Source: a bacterium (GTDB taxonomy: Bacteria > Zhuqueibacterota > Zhuqueibacteria > Residuimicrobiales > Krinioviventaceae). From it: DNA of 64,000 nucleotides. The stretch covers positions 1,536,001-1,600,000 of the forward strand of contig CAXXMD010000002.1 of NCBI GenBank assembly GCA_963675755.2, read 5' to 3'. A model generated the notes under the pieces. That model did no database searches, was not told the DNA's origin, and worked only from the letters and a program-made list of their open reading frames with translations. Every line of letters starts with the position of its first letter. Position 1 is the first letter of the stretch. Positions 10,129-19,722 of the stretch are shown piece by piece. A program made the position numbers and the translations under genes.

Positions 10129-10510
10129 TTGCAACTCCTTCAGTTGAATGTGTATTAGGTTTATTAAAATAAAATTCTGGTTCAAGGTAAACAGGTGTTA
10201 CTGCATATCAGATTTCAAGTTCTTTATATTCGTGTTAAAAAAGTCAATTTGCAAAGCATCAAATATAATGCCATTTGAGGAAAAAGACAACAAGTAAGAT
10301 TAAAAAGCAAACTTAATCGCCAAAGATTAAAAGCACATAATTAATTGATATTAAAGAGCTTGTGGGAATCTCTATAACATCATAAAACATCAAGAAAGCT
10401 CTATTGGTTTAGGATTCGAATATTAAATTTGATATATATAAAAAAGACCTGGATGAGGCAAAAACGGGACAGTTACATGAAATAAAAAAAGAATTGTTTA
10501 AATAAGGATT

Positions 10511-10747
10511 GTTCAAATCCGTCTTCCCCAAAAGACAGATTGAGGTGTTTATTGTTTGGTACTAAATCCAAAATCAGAGTAACGGGATAAATGTCCCGCA
10601 TAATATTTCACGATGCATGAATAAGCATCGCGATCAAGTTTTAACTGGCCCTTATCCTTCGATACGTCCGCCAACTGGCGGCCTACTCAGGAACCGGGCC
10701 ATGACTTTTTATTTTTACTCGTTCCCAAACTCCTGTTTGGGAACGCA
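10511..10747. repeat. Composite REP-like palindrome mosaic A
   Basis: Contains CGGGATAAATGTCCCG..CGATGCATGAATAAGCATCGCG, CCTTCGATACGTCCGCCAACTGGCGGCCTACTCAGGAACCGG and CTCGTTCCCAAACTCCTGTTTGGGAACG modules that recur in five other spacers. Confidence 0.85.
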
Positions 10748-10751
10748 ATAA

Positions 10752-12302
10752 TTATGGCTTTTCATTATCTGGATTATTTATTCGCACCTGATTGGCATCC
10801 ACTTCTTCTCTCATTTCAAAGATAAATGTGACGTTACTAAAATCATTGTTCATCAGAGAAATATCTCGGGTTTTGTCTCCTTTTACAGACAAAAATGTGG
10901 TAACAAAACTAAACGGCATACAGTCCCTTATAAAGGCATTCTGAACGTTATAAAAATGTAATACAGATTTGCTGTAATTGCCGGGAGCGGAAACAGATTC
11001 AATTTCAAGATTATTCACATCATTAAAAATATATCCATATCTGTAATCTGTATTCAAGAGTGTGATTGCAATATCCTCCAGCTTTAAACCTGTTACATGT
11101 CTGGCATATAATCCAAACGCCGGTAAATCACCAAACCGGGTAGCTTCAGGGTAACCGTCTATCAACTCGGGAACACTAATATCTCTTTGTTCTTGAGTCC
11201 CCCCTCCGGCATATTCCACTTTGATATTATCCAATATTACATTTTCTACGGGATGATCAGGGATCCCAGCAAGAAGCATGGGATAATCTGCACTGGCGAC
11301 AGTGACATTGCTTATAATAACGTTTTTCAACGTACCGGGGACCGGCGTTTCCATATCACGACCACGGTTTCCCAAACGCAGGAAAATGGGACATTGGACA
11401 TCTTGTATGGAAATATTGCTGATGGTAACACCGTCAATATTGGAACCATCCACCGATTCGAGCGAAATACCGGATCTTGCCAGTCGTCCCGTATCACGTT
11501 TAAAAATCACAGAATTGCTGAATGTAATATATTTAAAATCCCCACCGGATTCTGTACCCAGTTTGAAAGCATTGCAATTGGTAGCAAGCTGACAATTGGT
11601 AACGGTAAGGAATTCAGTGGCTCGACGCTCACCCAGTGAAAAACTGGCCTTGGGTACAATGGCATCATCCCAGGTTTCGATATGGCAGTTGGAAATTCTG
11701 ACGTGTTTGCAGGCATCGGGATCAATACCGTCGCAATATCCGTTCAACAGAGTAACGCCATCAATATTGACATAATCCGTACCCAGCATACTGATGCAGT
11801 AATTGGGTGAATTGAGAATGGTTATGTCTTTAATGATTACATCCTTGCAGCGTTTCAGAGCAATAGGCTTGGGGCCGCCGCGTTTTTTGCGGTTGGCATC
11901 AATAATCCCGCTGCCGGTAATGGCAATGTGTTTAACATCCTCTCCCCAGATCAGGGCATTGTGGAAAAAACTGGTTTCATGGTCCGAGTCGTTAGGAAAG
12001 TCCAGTGTTTCATAGGGATCAAAATCATTTTCATCGGTACTCATTAACAGCGTTGCACCATGTTCCAGATGCAGTGCTACATTGTCCTTGAGGTGCAAAC
12101 TACCCAGCAAATAGGTCCCTGGTGAAAAATACACCGTCCCCCCGCCGTTTTGGTTACAGGCATCTATGGTCTTTTGCACAGATTGGGTATCCTTGGTGGT
12201 GCCGTCTCCCTTTGCGCCATACTCTTTTACATCGTAGAATTGTCTGGCAAAAATAGTTGTGGAAAGTAAAAGCCCCAAAATCAAAACTGCATTGATTTTC
12301 AT
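10752..12302 (-). CDS. Glycoside hydrolase family 28 (polygalacturonase-like) protein
   Basis: YGAKGDG, CDGIDPD, WDDAIVPK, KLGTES; signal peptide; AAGGAG before ATG 12302. Confidence 0.88.
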   Translation of the reverse strand: MKINAVLILGLLLSTTIFARQFYDVKEYGAKGDGTTKDTQSVQKTIDACNQNGGGTVYFSPGTYLLGSLHLKDNVALHLEHGATLLMSTDENDFDPYETLDFPNDSDHETSFFHNALIWGEDVKHIAITGSGIIDANRKKRGGPKPIALKRCKDVIIKDITILNSPNYCISMLGTDYVNIDGVTLLNGYCDGIDPDACKHVRISNCHIETWDDAIVPKASFSLGERRATEFLTVTNCQLATNCNAFKLGTESGGDFKYITFSNSVIFKRDTGRLARSGISLESVDGSNIDGVTISNISIQDVQCPIFLRLGNRGRDMETPVPGTLKNVIISNVTVASADYPMLLAGIPDHPVENVILDNIKVEYAGGGTQEQRDISVPELIDGYPEATRFGDLPAFGLYARHVTGLKLEDIAITLLNTDYRYGYIFNDVNNLEIESVSAPGNYSKSVLHFYNVQNAFIRDCMPFSFVTTFLSVKGDKTRDISLMNNDFSNVTFIFEMREEVDANQVRINNPDNEKP

Positions 12303-12454
12303 ATACAACTCCTTTTCTTTTCAGCAAGAAATGAAAATGGAATTTTGAATATCCGTTTATCCCGGATATCTGATATTATCTAGAGTTAAAAATTTTATGA
12401 TTGAAAAGCAATAGAAATGTTTGTTGGGATTAATAGAAAGCTCTTTTTCTTATT

Positions 12455-12873
12455 CCCGAGTTCAAATCCGTCCTTTTTTAAAGCACGGATTAGAATAAAA
12501 AAGAACCTCTATACTGCGTCCAATCCGCCGGTTGGCGGATAGGAATGAGTAATTACTGTGCGGTAACGCAACAATCTAACGGGACAAATGTCCCGTCGAA
12601 TATTCCACGATGCATGAATATGCATCGCGATAAAGGAATTTCAAAACTTTAATGCCGGTTGCTGAGTGCGAGACCGCAAATAGGCGGACGAGCGTATCGA
12701 AGCACCGGCGTTTAGACACTACATGATAACCTGATATGAAAAAGTTTTAAACTGGCCCTAATCCTTCGATACGTCCGCTAACTGGCGGCCTACTCAGGAA
12801 CCGGTCCAGAACTTGTTTTCCCTACAAGCCTCATGCTAACAACATCAGCACCCAGACAGAGCCAGGGTAAGAG
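12455..12873. repeat. Composite REP-like palindrome mosaic B
   Basis: Same modules as A plus the inverted CCGGTTGCTGAGT..GTATCGAAGCACCGG and ACCCAGACAGAGCCAGGGT. Confidence 0.85.
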
Positions 12874-12883
12874 AATAAACTAA

Positions 12884-13588
12884 TTAGATTAAATCAAATA
12901 CAAGTCCAAAATGATCAGACAAGTTTTTACCATCATTATCAACTTTTGAAATGATCTCATAATCAACTTTTTTCAAAGGTATATCTGTCAATAAATGATC
13001 AATAGAAAGTTTATTATTGTCATCTAAAATATTTTCAGAGACTATTTGAAAATCATCACCAATCATTGTAATTAGTTCATTATAAATATTTTTCGGTGCA
13101 CGGGTTTTAGGTATGGTTTGATTAAAATCTCCCAATATTATCTTGGGGTATTTGTTATTATATTGTAAAAATTCTTTTAATCCGTTAATATACGATAAAT
13201 GATCCTGCCAGGCTTGCCGATCTTTGCGGCCTGTTCTCACATGAGCTTCTTTCCAGGGGATGCATACACCGATGAACTGTACAGGACCCCAGGCAGTATC
13301 TGTCACAGCAGAAACAAATCGACCACCAGGCATTATAATGGATCCCGTTTGATCAATGTTTATCCATTTCTTTTTTGAATATAATATTACTTTACGTCTG
13401 CCCGGTTTAATCTTGTATCCATAATCAAAAAAAGAATCAACTATATATCCATCATTAGGCAAAATAGTTTCATTACTTTCAGTTATACAACATATATCAG
13501 GATCATAATTTTCAATTATATTTTTTACTTTTTGACCGCGATCATTCGTATTTGAAGCCCATTGTACATTCCACAAGAGTATTCGCAT
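12884..13588 (-). CDS. Endonuclease/exonuclease/phosphatase (EEP) family protein
   Basis: WNV, TE, LGDFN, IDH, SDH catalytic motifs. Confidence 0.9.
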   Translation of the reverse strand: MRILLWNVQWASNTNDRGQKVKNIIENYDPDICCITESNETILPNDGYIVDSFFDYGYKIKPGRRKVILYSKKKWINIDQTGSIIMPGGRFVSAVTDTAWGPVQFIGVCIPWKEAHVRTGRKDRQAWQDHLSYINGLKEFLQYNNKYPKIILGDFNQTIPKTRAPKNIYNELITMIGDDFQIVSENILDDNNKLSIDHLLTDIPLKKVDYEIISKVDNDGKNLSDHFGLVFDLI

Positions 13589-13648
13589 ATTTCCTTTTCA
13601 CTGATTATTAATATCTTACATTATTTATTACTTGCAAAACACCCGCTG

Positions 13649-13904
13649 ACTCGTTCCCAAACTCCTGTTTGGGAACACAATAACTCTGTTTATTCTGATT
13701 CACGCATCTTTACTATTACGTTATTCGCACTCAGGCAGAGCCAGGGTATGAGAAAAATTTAAGACCTCTGACCGGTCCCTGAGTTCCAATCTGTCCGCTT
13801 TTGAGGACGGATTGGAGTATCGAAGGGCCGGCATAAAAATGTTTGAATAACGTGACTAATATCCAGATTAATATTACACGATGCATGAATATGCATCGCG
13901 ATCA
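13649..13904. repeat. Composite REP-like palindrome mosaic C
   Basis: CTCGTTCCCAAACTCCTGTTTGGGAAC / CAGGCAGAGCCAGGGT / CCGGTCCCTGAGTTCCAATC..GATTGGAGTATCGAAGGGCCGG / CGATGCATGAATATGCATCGCG. Confidence 0.85.
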
Positions 13905-13916
13905 AAGGATAAATTC

Positions 13917-14747
13917 TTAACTATCAAATCTAAAACCACTTATGTCTTTAAAATGTAAATCCCTGGTTTTTCCATCAAAACCTTCAATAGTAAGATAAAG
14001 TCCTTTGGTTGAAAGTAAATTGCCGGTATATTTGGATCTATCTAACATAAAAACTGTGACATTACGTTTTCCCCTATATAGCAACTTGTAGGGATCAAAA
14101 TTCCTTTTATACTTGAATTCCAACATTAACGATTTAATTAGAGATTCAATACATTCTTCGTTCGTTGGGTCAAAAGCTGAATACTTTAGACAATACCATA
14201 ATACCTTGCCAGTATCAAGGTCAACTAGTAATAAAGTTATATTTAACTTGTTTAATCCACCACTTATTAATATTGATTTCCCTTTTGAATCAAAGGTTCC
14301 CTCAGCTTTACAGAAAAGTCCTACATTAACAGAAGACAATTCAGCCAAGTCTGTTATATCTTTACCAACAGATACATTTAAAAAACCATCTTTACTGTTA
14401 TTGTTTTTTTGAATTTGTTTAATACATTTATCAATTTCAAAATTAATTTTCTCTAATTTTAATTTGTCTGTTGGTAAAACATTTCTATCATCAATAACAT
14501 TATACTCAAAAACATCTAATTGTTGCATTAATATGGATGCCACCATATTTTGTGAATCATAAATATCAGTTGAAAAGATGTTCTTTTTTAACAGAGTATA
14601 ATCACACCAGATTAAACTCAAGGGTTCAGAGTCTTTTATTTCGAAACCTTGTGCTATTTTATAAGTCGAAACGCTTCTAAAAGCACATGAAAATAATAAA
14701 GTTGTTATAACAAAAATAATAAATATTAAAAATTTTCTTTTTAACAT
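13917..14747 (-). CDS. Hypothetical lipoprotein
   Basis: MLKRKFLIF...LLFSC lipobox; ATG 14747 with GAGGGG RBS. Confidence 0.7.
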   Translation of the reverse strand: MLKRKFLIFIIFVITTLLFSCAFRSVSTYKIAQGFEIKDSEPLSLIWCDYTLLKKNIFSTDIYDSQNMVASILMQQLDVFEYNVIDDRNVLPTDKLKLEKINFEIDKCIKQIQKNNNSKDGFLNVSVGKDITDLAELSSVNVGLFCKAEGTFDSKGKSILISGGLNKLNITLLLVDLDTGKVLWYCLKYSAFDPTNEECIESLIKSLMLEFKYKRNFDPYKLLYRGKRNVTVFMLDRSKYTGNLLSTKGLYLTIEGFDGKTRDLHFKDISGFRFDS

Positions 14748-14766
14748 TAATCTAGTCCCCTCTTTA

Positions 14767-15237
14767 TTAGTTATTATACCTGTCATTACGAATTTTAACA
14801 GCAACACCTAAATCTTTATAACTTGAAGCATCAAATGTAAAACTTGCTGTTAACAATACAGCAGCAGAAATATAAAAATATTTACTTGTACTATTATCCA
14901 ACAGAGGATCATCCGAAAGTGAATTTGCCCATGCAAAACCTATCAAACCACCGGCAAACATGCCGAACAATGAACTTGCTTTTTGCTTCTTTACTGACTT
15001 TGAAAAATATTGAGATTCCAGGCCTTCCTGCAAAAACAAACTTTTGAAACGATCTGTATATGTACCCGTCAAAGGATAAGACGCTTTAATATAATTCTCG
15101 CCATCAAAACTATACAACACACCGGAAATAAAAAATTTATCGATAAATATTTTATCTGAAAGTCCAGTTTGTTCTTGTGAGTACAAATTTGTAGTAATAA
15201 TTACCAAAAAAAGAATACCAACACACTTTAAATTCAT
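14767..15237 (-). CDS. Hypothetical exported/membrane protein
   Basis: ATG 15237 with GGAGGG RBS; signal peptide and two C-terminal hydrophobic segments. Confidence 0.65.
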   Translation of the reverse strand: MNLKCVGILFLVIITTNLYSQEQTGLSDKIFIDKFFISGVLYSFDGENYIKASYPLTGTYTDRFKSLFLQEGLESQYFSKSVKKQKASSLFGMFAGGLIGFAWANSLSDDPLLDNSTSKYFYISAAVLLTASFTFDASSYKDLGVAVKIRNDRYNN

Positions 15238-15312
15238 TTTCCCTCCAATTAGTTTTTCCAGTTTCATATTCACTGCCACAGAATTCTTGTATTTTCTATT
15301 CCAACAACTTTC

Positions 15313-15664
15313 ACACCCAGGCAGAGCCAGGTTACAAGAAGAATTAAAGGCCTTTGAATTGTCCCCGAGTTCAAATCCGTACGTTTTGTGAGAACGAATT
15401 TGATTATAAAAGGGCCTGTATACTGCGTCCAAAATTCCCGTTTTGGTCGCAAATGACAAAGATAAACTCTGTTTATCTGATTATGGATATAAAATGTAAC
15501 ATTTAAACACTTTTAATACATAAACAGAGTTTATGTGATCATTACATTCCAATCCGCCTGTTGGTGGATCGGAGTAAGTAAGTACTGTGCGGTAACGCAA
15601 CAATCTAACGGGGACAAATGTCCCGCCGAATATTACGCGATGCATGAATATGCATCGCGATCAA
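15313..15664. repeat. Composite REP-like palindrome mosaic D
   Basis: Shares long blocks with mosaic B (15364-15432 vs 12455-12523; 15549-15663 vs 12520-12631). Confidence 0.85.
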
Positions 15665-15677
15665 TCCCGAGCCTGGT

Positions 15678-16394
15678 TCATTTCGCTCGTCTAAATTTTT
15701 TCCGGTATTCCTTGTCCATTTTTTCGGTGGCGTATTGAATGATCAGCCGCCCGCATTCATCCTTCCACTGCATCAGGAAATCCTCAATGGCTTTGGGATA
15801 TTTTTTCCACAGTCCCCGCAAGAGCGTGCCGATACCCTTCTGTACATATTCGGAAGTATCGGTCATGAGTGGAGCGATCACTGGCAGGGCTGTCTCCGGC
15901 TCCAATCCTTTGTCAACCATTTCAACCAGGGTAACCGGTACAACACGCCGCTGCCACTCGGATTCAGCGGTTACCCATGTACCCAGTTTTTCATAACTGA
16001 TTATATTTTCCTGCATAATATATGCAATGACGGTCATACAAAGCACATCCGTATTGGCCCAGTTATCAATGCCTTTTACAAACCATCTGCCGATGCGGTC
16101 AAAGGTATTTTCGGTAAAATCGAGTCGCTTGGAATACAATAATCCGATGGCAAAAGAAATCTCTTCGTATTTGCCAACCTGCGTCAGCTTATCTCCCAGA
16201 TCAAGAAAATCATCCACAGTCATTTCATCCTGCCATTGCTCGATCCAGGCGTCCCGCTGTGATTCGTACACATGGCGGTCCAGACCATAGCCGTCGAACC
16301 CGCCTTTGAAATACCGGGACATTTTTTCAACTTCTGCCGGGTTTGCGTTTTCCACGCAAAAATCATGGATCTGTTTTACTTTTTCGTCCAGCAT
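15678..16394 (-). CDS. DNA alkylation repair protein (AlkD-like HEAT repeat)
   Basis: IDNWANTD, SEWQRR, YVQKGIGTLLR, YATEK motifs. Confidence 0.85.
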   Translation of the reverse strand: MLDEKVKQIHDFCVENANPAEVEKMSRYFKGGFDGYGLDRHVYESQRDAWIEQWQDEMTVDDFLDLGDKLTQVGKYEEISFAIGLLYSKRLDFTENTFDRIGRWFVKGIDNWANTDVLCMTVIAYIMQENIISYEKLGTWVTAESEWQRRVVPVTLVEMVDKGLEPETALPVIAPLMTDTSEYVQKGIGTLLRGLWKKYPKAIEDFLMQWKDECGRLIIQYATEKMDKEYRKKFRRAK

Positions 16395-16415
16395 ATATAC
16401 TCCTTTTTATTTTGC

Positions 16416-16678
16416 TGCGTCCCAAACTCCCGTCTGGAATGCAAATGACAAAGATAAACGCTGTTTATTCTCATTTCTGCATACCCACTCGAACTATATT
16501 AGCACCCATGCTAAACCAGGGTACGAGAGAAAATGTAAATCCGCTGACCGGTCCCTGAGTTCCAATCCATTCGCTTTTGAGGACGGATTGGAGTATCGAA
16601 GGGCCGGTATAAAGATGTAAGAATAATGGGACAAATGTCCCTCCTAATATTATACGATGCATAAATATGCATCGCGAC
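16416..16678. repeat. Composite REP-like palindrome mosaic E
   Basis: Same module order as mosaic C. Confidence 0.85.
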
Positions 16679-16711
16679 CATTTTGGTTTCCACTAGTACG
16701 GTACAAAATTT

Positions 16712-19072
16712 TCACTTTGTTACCATCTCTACTTTAAATTCAGACTGGTTTCTAAAGATCACCAGATTCAGCTTTCCTTTCCAGCTAACGCCCTGGTAGA
16801 TACTGAACAAATCTTTAATATTTTCCACGTCTTTATCATCAGCCATGATTATGACATCGCCGTTTTGTAATCCTGTTTTTCCGGCAATCGAGTTTTTTTC
16901 AATACCGTCAATCAGTACACCTGCGGCTTTGCTTAAACCATAAGCGGAACGTTCTCCCTGAGTTGTAATATTTTTGAGCTTTGCGCACATCCACTCTACT
17001 ATTTGCTCATCGGCTTGACCATCGGCATTAACAGACAGCATCAATGGCAATTCCGGGATCTTGGCAATCTTTTTAAAAGCCGGTTTAACAACGCCAAAAC
17101 TGTCCATTGCAAAATTTACAAATCCCAGTTTTAGCGCGGGTGATGTATCTTTGACACGAAAATCATAATTTTGCGGATCAATAAATTGGGGGTCTCCAAA
17201 CGTGCTGTGCATATCTATGTCATGTTCCCTGGCATTTGCAAGCGTTTGCTCGTCCGCAAAAAGATTGTAATCAATCTCTTTGCCCCATCCCAGCATGCGG
17301 TATTCCCGATGTTCAGCAGAAACAATATTTCTCCTAAAAACATCACCGCTGTTTTCAAACCATGCATGCGGATGAAATCCATTATTGACCATGATATTGT
17401 TTTCAACCGTACGGAAAAATCCCTCACGCAGTTTAATACCACCGTTCAAACACAAATTGTTATAAAGATAATAGTTTGACGATCCGTCATCCAGGTCAAT
17501 ATCCCAGCCGTGATCACATCGAAACCGGTTATCATGAATAACCGTGGTGTTTACCGCATCCCAATAGGCCATTTCAGGATTTTTTTGGGTTATTTCATCC
17601 ATTTTATCACGGATCGGCAGCCAAAACCGGTCACGTCCCCAGGAGTTGAACGAACCATGATCACCGGTTTCCAATACTGTATTGAACACATCATTATATT
17701 CAAGCACATGGCCGCCCCAGGTCCCATCTCCTATATTGATACCGGCACGCGGCACATCATATATCGAGTTGTGACTGATGGTAATCCCCATTGACATGGC
17801 AATCTGAATCCCGGCTGTTTGTTTCTCTGTCCGGCCTGTACGGTGTATCAGATTGTTATAGGCAATACAATCTTTTGGATACAGATCATTCTTTGGTCCA
17901 GGCTGGGTGTCCATTTTATCAAGCGGCACATATTCCTTATATTGAAAAGATGGTGAACGTACAGCAGAAGGATCACCAACAAAAAGAATTCCGCTCGCCC
18001 CGCAATCATGAATGTGGTTTCCTGATATGGAAACATTACGATTATAGCCGCTTGTAAAAACAACATTGCCGCCAAGATTAACAAATTCACAATCCTCTAT
18101 TGAACAATTCTCTGCTCCATTAATAAAAACAGCTCCACCACGGTATATGGTCCAGTCACTGCGCAGCAGCGGTTCATATTCCTCCATAAACGTACGCTGT
18201 GTATATTCAAAGGTAATGTTGCTGATCCTGATATTGCGAACCGGGTACTTTTGACTACCCGTAATCTCTATCAGTGATTTTAACACAATCCCTTCAAACA
18301 CAGCGGATTCCAAATCCAGTTCCTTTTCGGGCCAATAATATAACAGATGGGTATCTTTGTCCAGAAACCACTCGCCCGGACTGTCAAGTTCTTCAAAAAC
18401 GTTCTCTACCATTCGATATTCAGGATGCAGTTCCGCATGGCGATTGTTCTGGTGCCCACCGGTTAAAATGGGTTTACCGTTTTCGTCCATACCGGTAATG
18501 ATAAAATGATAATCCCCCCACTCTGACTTGTGCATGGCGTTTACGATCGTTCCAACCGGATTTTTCCAGGATTTTACACGCTCATCCGAGTATGCGTCTG
18601 CAGCGTGTCCCTGAAAATGGCCTCCATTTTCATCATAATTTGGATACCTTGCCAGAATCTGGATTTTACCGTTAACCACCAACTGGTCGAATGAAATATT
18701 CTCATTAACGGGTGCGACATAAACATGCTGATCATATTTCTTCCAGTCAAGATCCAGCACCTGTGATCCTTTGATTTTCACACTTTTGGCATCCTGACCT
18801 GTTATTGTCAGATCACTCAATTCAGCAGGTATACGAACAAGCCTGTTTAAATGATACTCGCCTAGCATTAAATGAATGGTAATGGGACGCGTATCACCAA
18901 TTTTTCTATACTCAAAAGCTTTAAGGATGGCTTTTTGTATATCGAAAAATGGGGCATTCTCTTTACCGGAATTACTATTCTTGCCAGCTGGAGAAACATA
19001 AATATCATTACTATATAGAATTACGGGAAATATAAATAGTATGAATAATAAACGAATGCTTTTCTTTTTCAT
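16712..19072 (-). CDS. Secreted right-handed beta-helix glycoside hydrolase-like protein (GH141-like) with C-terminal PDZ domain
   Basis: IYVSPAG, LARYPN, EELDSPGEW, HNSIYDVPRAGI, DIDLDDGSS; C-terminal SIAGKTGLQNGDVI. Confidence 0.8.
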   Translation of the reverse strand: MKKKSIRLLFILFIFPVILYSNDIYVSPAGKNSNSGKENAPFFDIQKAILKAFEYRKIGDTRPITIHLMLGEYHLNRLVRIPAELSDLTITGQDAKSVKIKGSQVLDLDWKKYDQHVYVAPVNENISFDQLVVNGKIQILARYPNYDENGGHFQGHAADAYSDERVKSWKNPVGTIVNAMHKSEWGDYHFIITGMDENGKPILTGGHQNNRHAELHPEYRMVENVFEELDSPGEWFLDKDTHLLYYWPEKELDLESAVFEGIVLKSLIEITGSQKYPVRNIRISNITFEYTQRTFMEEYEPLLRSDWTIYRGGAVFINGAENCSIEDCEFVNLGGNVVFTSGYNRNVSISGNHIHDCGASGILFVGDPSAVRSPSFQYKEYVPLDKMDTQPGPKNDLYPKDCIAYNNLIHRTGRTEKQTAGIQIAMSMGITISHNSIYDVPRAGINIGDGTWGGHVLEYNDVFNTVLETGDHGSFNSWGRDRFWLPIRDKMDEITQKNPEMAYWDAVNTTVIHDNRFRCDHGWDIDLDDGSSNYYLYNNLCLNGGIKLREGFFRTVENNIMVNNGFHPHAWFENSGDVFRRNIVSAEHREYRMLGWGKEIDYNLFADEQTLANAREHDIDMHSTFGDPQFIDPQNYDFRVKDTSPALKLGFVNFAMDSFGVVKPAFKKIAKIPELPLMLSVNADGQADEQIVEWMCAKLKNITTQGERSAYGLSKAAGVLIDGIEKNSIAGKTGLQNGDVIIMADDKDVENIKDLFSIYQGVSWKGKLNLVIFRNQSEFKVEMVTK

Positions 19073-19187
19073 GTTTTCAGAATCCTTGCTATAATCATTT
19101 TAGCTGAATGGGTTTACTAAATCAATACAGGTATGCTTTATAAATGAATCTGTACATTTCCCGGTATCAACCGGGGTAAAAAATGTA

Positions 19188-19709
19188 CTCGTTCCGAAAA
19201 TCTTGTTTAGAAATGCAATAATTCGGATCAACGCTGTTTATTCTAATTCCTGCATCTCTGATTATTTGATATTCGTACCCATGCAGAACCAGGGTATGAG
19301 AAAACGGGACAAATGTCCCGCCTAATATTACACGATGCATAAATATGCATCGCGATCAATAACAAAAATGCCGGTTGCTGAGTGCGAGACCGCCAATTGG
19401 CGGTCGAGTGTATCGAAGCACCGGCGTTTTGAGAAATATTCACTAACCGATATTACGATATTTTTAAACTGGCCCTAATCCTTCGATACGTCCGCCAACT
19501 GGCGTCCTACTCAGGAACCGGGCCAGTACTTGTTTTTAATCGTTCCCAAGCTCTTGTTTAGAAATGCGATAATACGGATAAACGCTGTTTATTCTGATTC
19601 CTGCAATCCTGGTCATACTTTTCTCGTACCCATGCAGAGTCAGGGTACGAGAAAACGGGACAAATGTCCCGCCTAATATTACAGGATGCTTAAATATGCA
19701 TCGCGATCA
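19188..19709. repeat. Composite REP-like palindrome mosaic F with internal ~170-bp direct duplication
   Basis: 19188-19358 resembles 19539-19709; between them lies an inverted pair of CCTGAGT/CTTCGATAC-type modules. Confidence 0.88.
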
Positions 19710-19722
19710 TTCCAGTAAAAAC

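Noticed and set aside
12574-12717. Classical integron attC site (ATCTAAC resembles RYYYAAC)
   Set aside because: No properly matching GTTRRRY end or L/R box structure, the motif occurs in only two spacers, and there is no integrase in the window.
15238-15459. N-terminal extension of the 14767..15459 ORF
   Set aside because: It runs through repeat mosaic D; a strong RBS and signal peptide support ATG 15237.
16306-16693. Small ORFs within repeat mosaic E (similarly 19243..19443 and 15535..15738)
   Set aside because: Spurious translations of palindromic repeat modules.
10511-19709. CRISPR array
   Set aside because: Repeats are multi-family, diverged and separated by whole genes rather than constant-length spacers; no cas genes are present.
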